Shown here in pieces: positions 14,684 to 15,720 of a stretch of 15,720 bases of DNA; within the stretch, counting starts at the first letter, position 1; each line of letters opens with the position of its first letter. The stretch lies in the NCBI GenBank assembly GCA_048941265.1, contig JBHLNT010000097.1, positions 1 through 15,720 of the forward strand, in the 5' to 3' direction. The position numbers and the translations under genes are program-made. Source of the DNA: Promethearchaeota archaeon. Its GTDB lineage: Archaea; Asgardarchaeota; Lokiarchaeia; Sigyniarchaeales; SOKP01. The notes beneath the pieces are model-generated. The model saw nothing but the letters and a program-made list of their open reading frames with translations. It had not been told where the DNA came from and searched no databases.

Positions 14684-15520
14684 TTAAATATTTTCATCGA
14701 ATACATCAATTCCAAAATATTCTTTCGTAATATCTAACAACCAACTTAAATATTTCTTGTAATCTTTTTCTATTTTTATACCGAAAGCTTCTATTAAATA
14801 ATCTGTTATTATTTTGGAGCTGATTTTTTTCTTACCTTTATAACTCATGGCAAATTGAGAAATCGTCTTTGCCAGTGCGTATGATTTTTTAATTTCATTT
14901 TTTAATAAAAATAAGCTTAATGCGGACTTGGATTCGCTTAAAAATCGTTCGATGAGCTTATTTTCAATGAATAATTTCTTAGGCTCAAAAATGCCATTTT
15001 CATCTCTGATAATCCTTGTCCCCTCCAAAATAATGAACTTTTTATATTTTTCTTTATTATTAGAAAAATTTTCTTTAGAAATAATATTTATATCGGCTTT
15101 AAATGAGTTTTGAGTAATAAACTCAAAAAGATTTCGAACATGCTTACGAATATATTTCTTATCGAGGACGAGAACCATTTTTCTCTTGAAAACGATTGCT
15201 TTAAGTATATTCGCTAAAATTGAAGATGATATATTAAGCTTGATTAAATCCCTATCAATAACTTCGATACCAGGAATTTCTTTATCTTTAAGTGCTTCTT
15301 CTAATTCTGTTTCTGGAAGTACAAAATGAAAATCTGCAATGAAGTAATCTCTAATTTTCAAATTTTTGTCGATATATGCTATAAAAGTATGTGGGCAAAT
15401 TGTATTGGCTGCAATATTAACAGCAAGCAGGCCACTTGAAACTGTTTTAATATCAGTTTCTGAAATTTCGATATTTCCACCTTTAGAACAAGAAGGGCAT
15501 ATAATTTCGATATTTGGCAT
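14684..15520 (-). CDS. Hypothetical protein with N-terminal CPxC...CxH putative zinc-binding domain
   Basis: ICPSC...GLLAVNI....ICPHTFIAYIDKNLKIRDY; 278-aa ATG-started ORF. Resembles a Lokiarchaeia hypothetical family as I recall it, not verified. Confidence 0.8.
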   Translation of the reverse strand: MPNIEIICPSCSKGGNIEISETDIKTVSSGLLAVNIAANTICPHTFIAYIDKNLKIRDYFIADFHFVLPETELEEALKDKEIPGIEVIDRDLIKLNISSSILANILKAIVFKRKMVLVLDKKYIRKHVRNLFEFITQNSFKADINIISKENFSNNKEKYKKFIILEGTRIIRDENGIFEPKKLFIENKLIERFLSESKSALSLFLLKNEIKKSYALAKTISQFAMSYKGKKKISSKIITDYLIEAFGIKIEKDYKKYLSWLLDITKEYFGIDVFDENI

Positions 15521-15642
15521 AAATCATTAATTTCTTTTGTGAGATGATTTAATATTATTAGTATTCATTTTAAAAATTTATTAAACTTAAAATTTTATAT
15601 CCTTATAGTCTTTTTTTCTAGTATATTATAAAATTAACCGAT

Positions 15643-15720
15643 TTAAATTTGTGCCTTTAAATTTGCAATTCTATCCCAGTAGGGACTATTTTTTAGTAAA
15701 ATCGAATAGAAAAAAGACTC
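15643..15720 (-). CDS. Possible 3' end of a gene entering from beyond the window
   Basis: Open frame from the window edge: ESFFYSILLKNSPYWDRIANLKAQI followed by TAA. Too short to assign. Confidence 0.35.
   Translation of the reverse strand, partial: ESFFYSILLKNSPYWDRIANLKAQI

Noticed and set aside
482-15113. Short alternative ORFs in the track (482-718, 775-987, 1801-2067, 2280-2495, 3035-3247, 7779-8018, 9540-9773, 10300-10512, 10565-10852, 11159-11443, 13678-13959, 14928-15113)
   Set aside because: They are antisense or off-frame shadows of well-supported genes and have no recognisable motifs.
15669-15711. Small hairpins (TCCC-AGTA-GGGA; ACTA-TTTTT-TAGT) as an ncRNA
   Set aside because: Stems are only 4 bp and the region is plausibly the 3' end of a minus-strand gene cut by the window edge.
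14588-15720. Integrated mobile element downstream of the tRNA
   Set aside because: No integrase, transposase or duplicated tRNA 3' end is visible within the window.

Overview
AT-rich archaeal window that reads as Asgard (Lokiarchaeia-like). It holds an ESCRT cluster (Vps22/36, Vps25, Vps4, Vps2/24/46-type ESCRT-III), Nop2 and Nip7 ribosome-biogenesis genes flanking a large repeat-containing surface protein, an MIT-TPR fusion, an NDP-sugar pyrophosphorylase, a CYTH protein, a PfkB kinase and two Cys/His-rich hypotheticals. The main hidden signal is short bulge-helix-bulge (BHB) introns. A protein-coding gene (MBL-fold hydrolase, 855->196) appears to carry a 30-nt, stop-containing BHB intron (323->294) held by a 14/15-bp exon-exon helix; cutting at the canonical BHB positions restores the frame (PMHN-WDK). 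A tRNA-Gly(GCC) at 14460-14587 carries two 28-nt introns of similar design, one at the unusual D-loop position 15/16. All calls come from manual motif reading and base-pairing; no searches were run.
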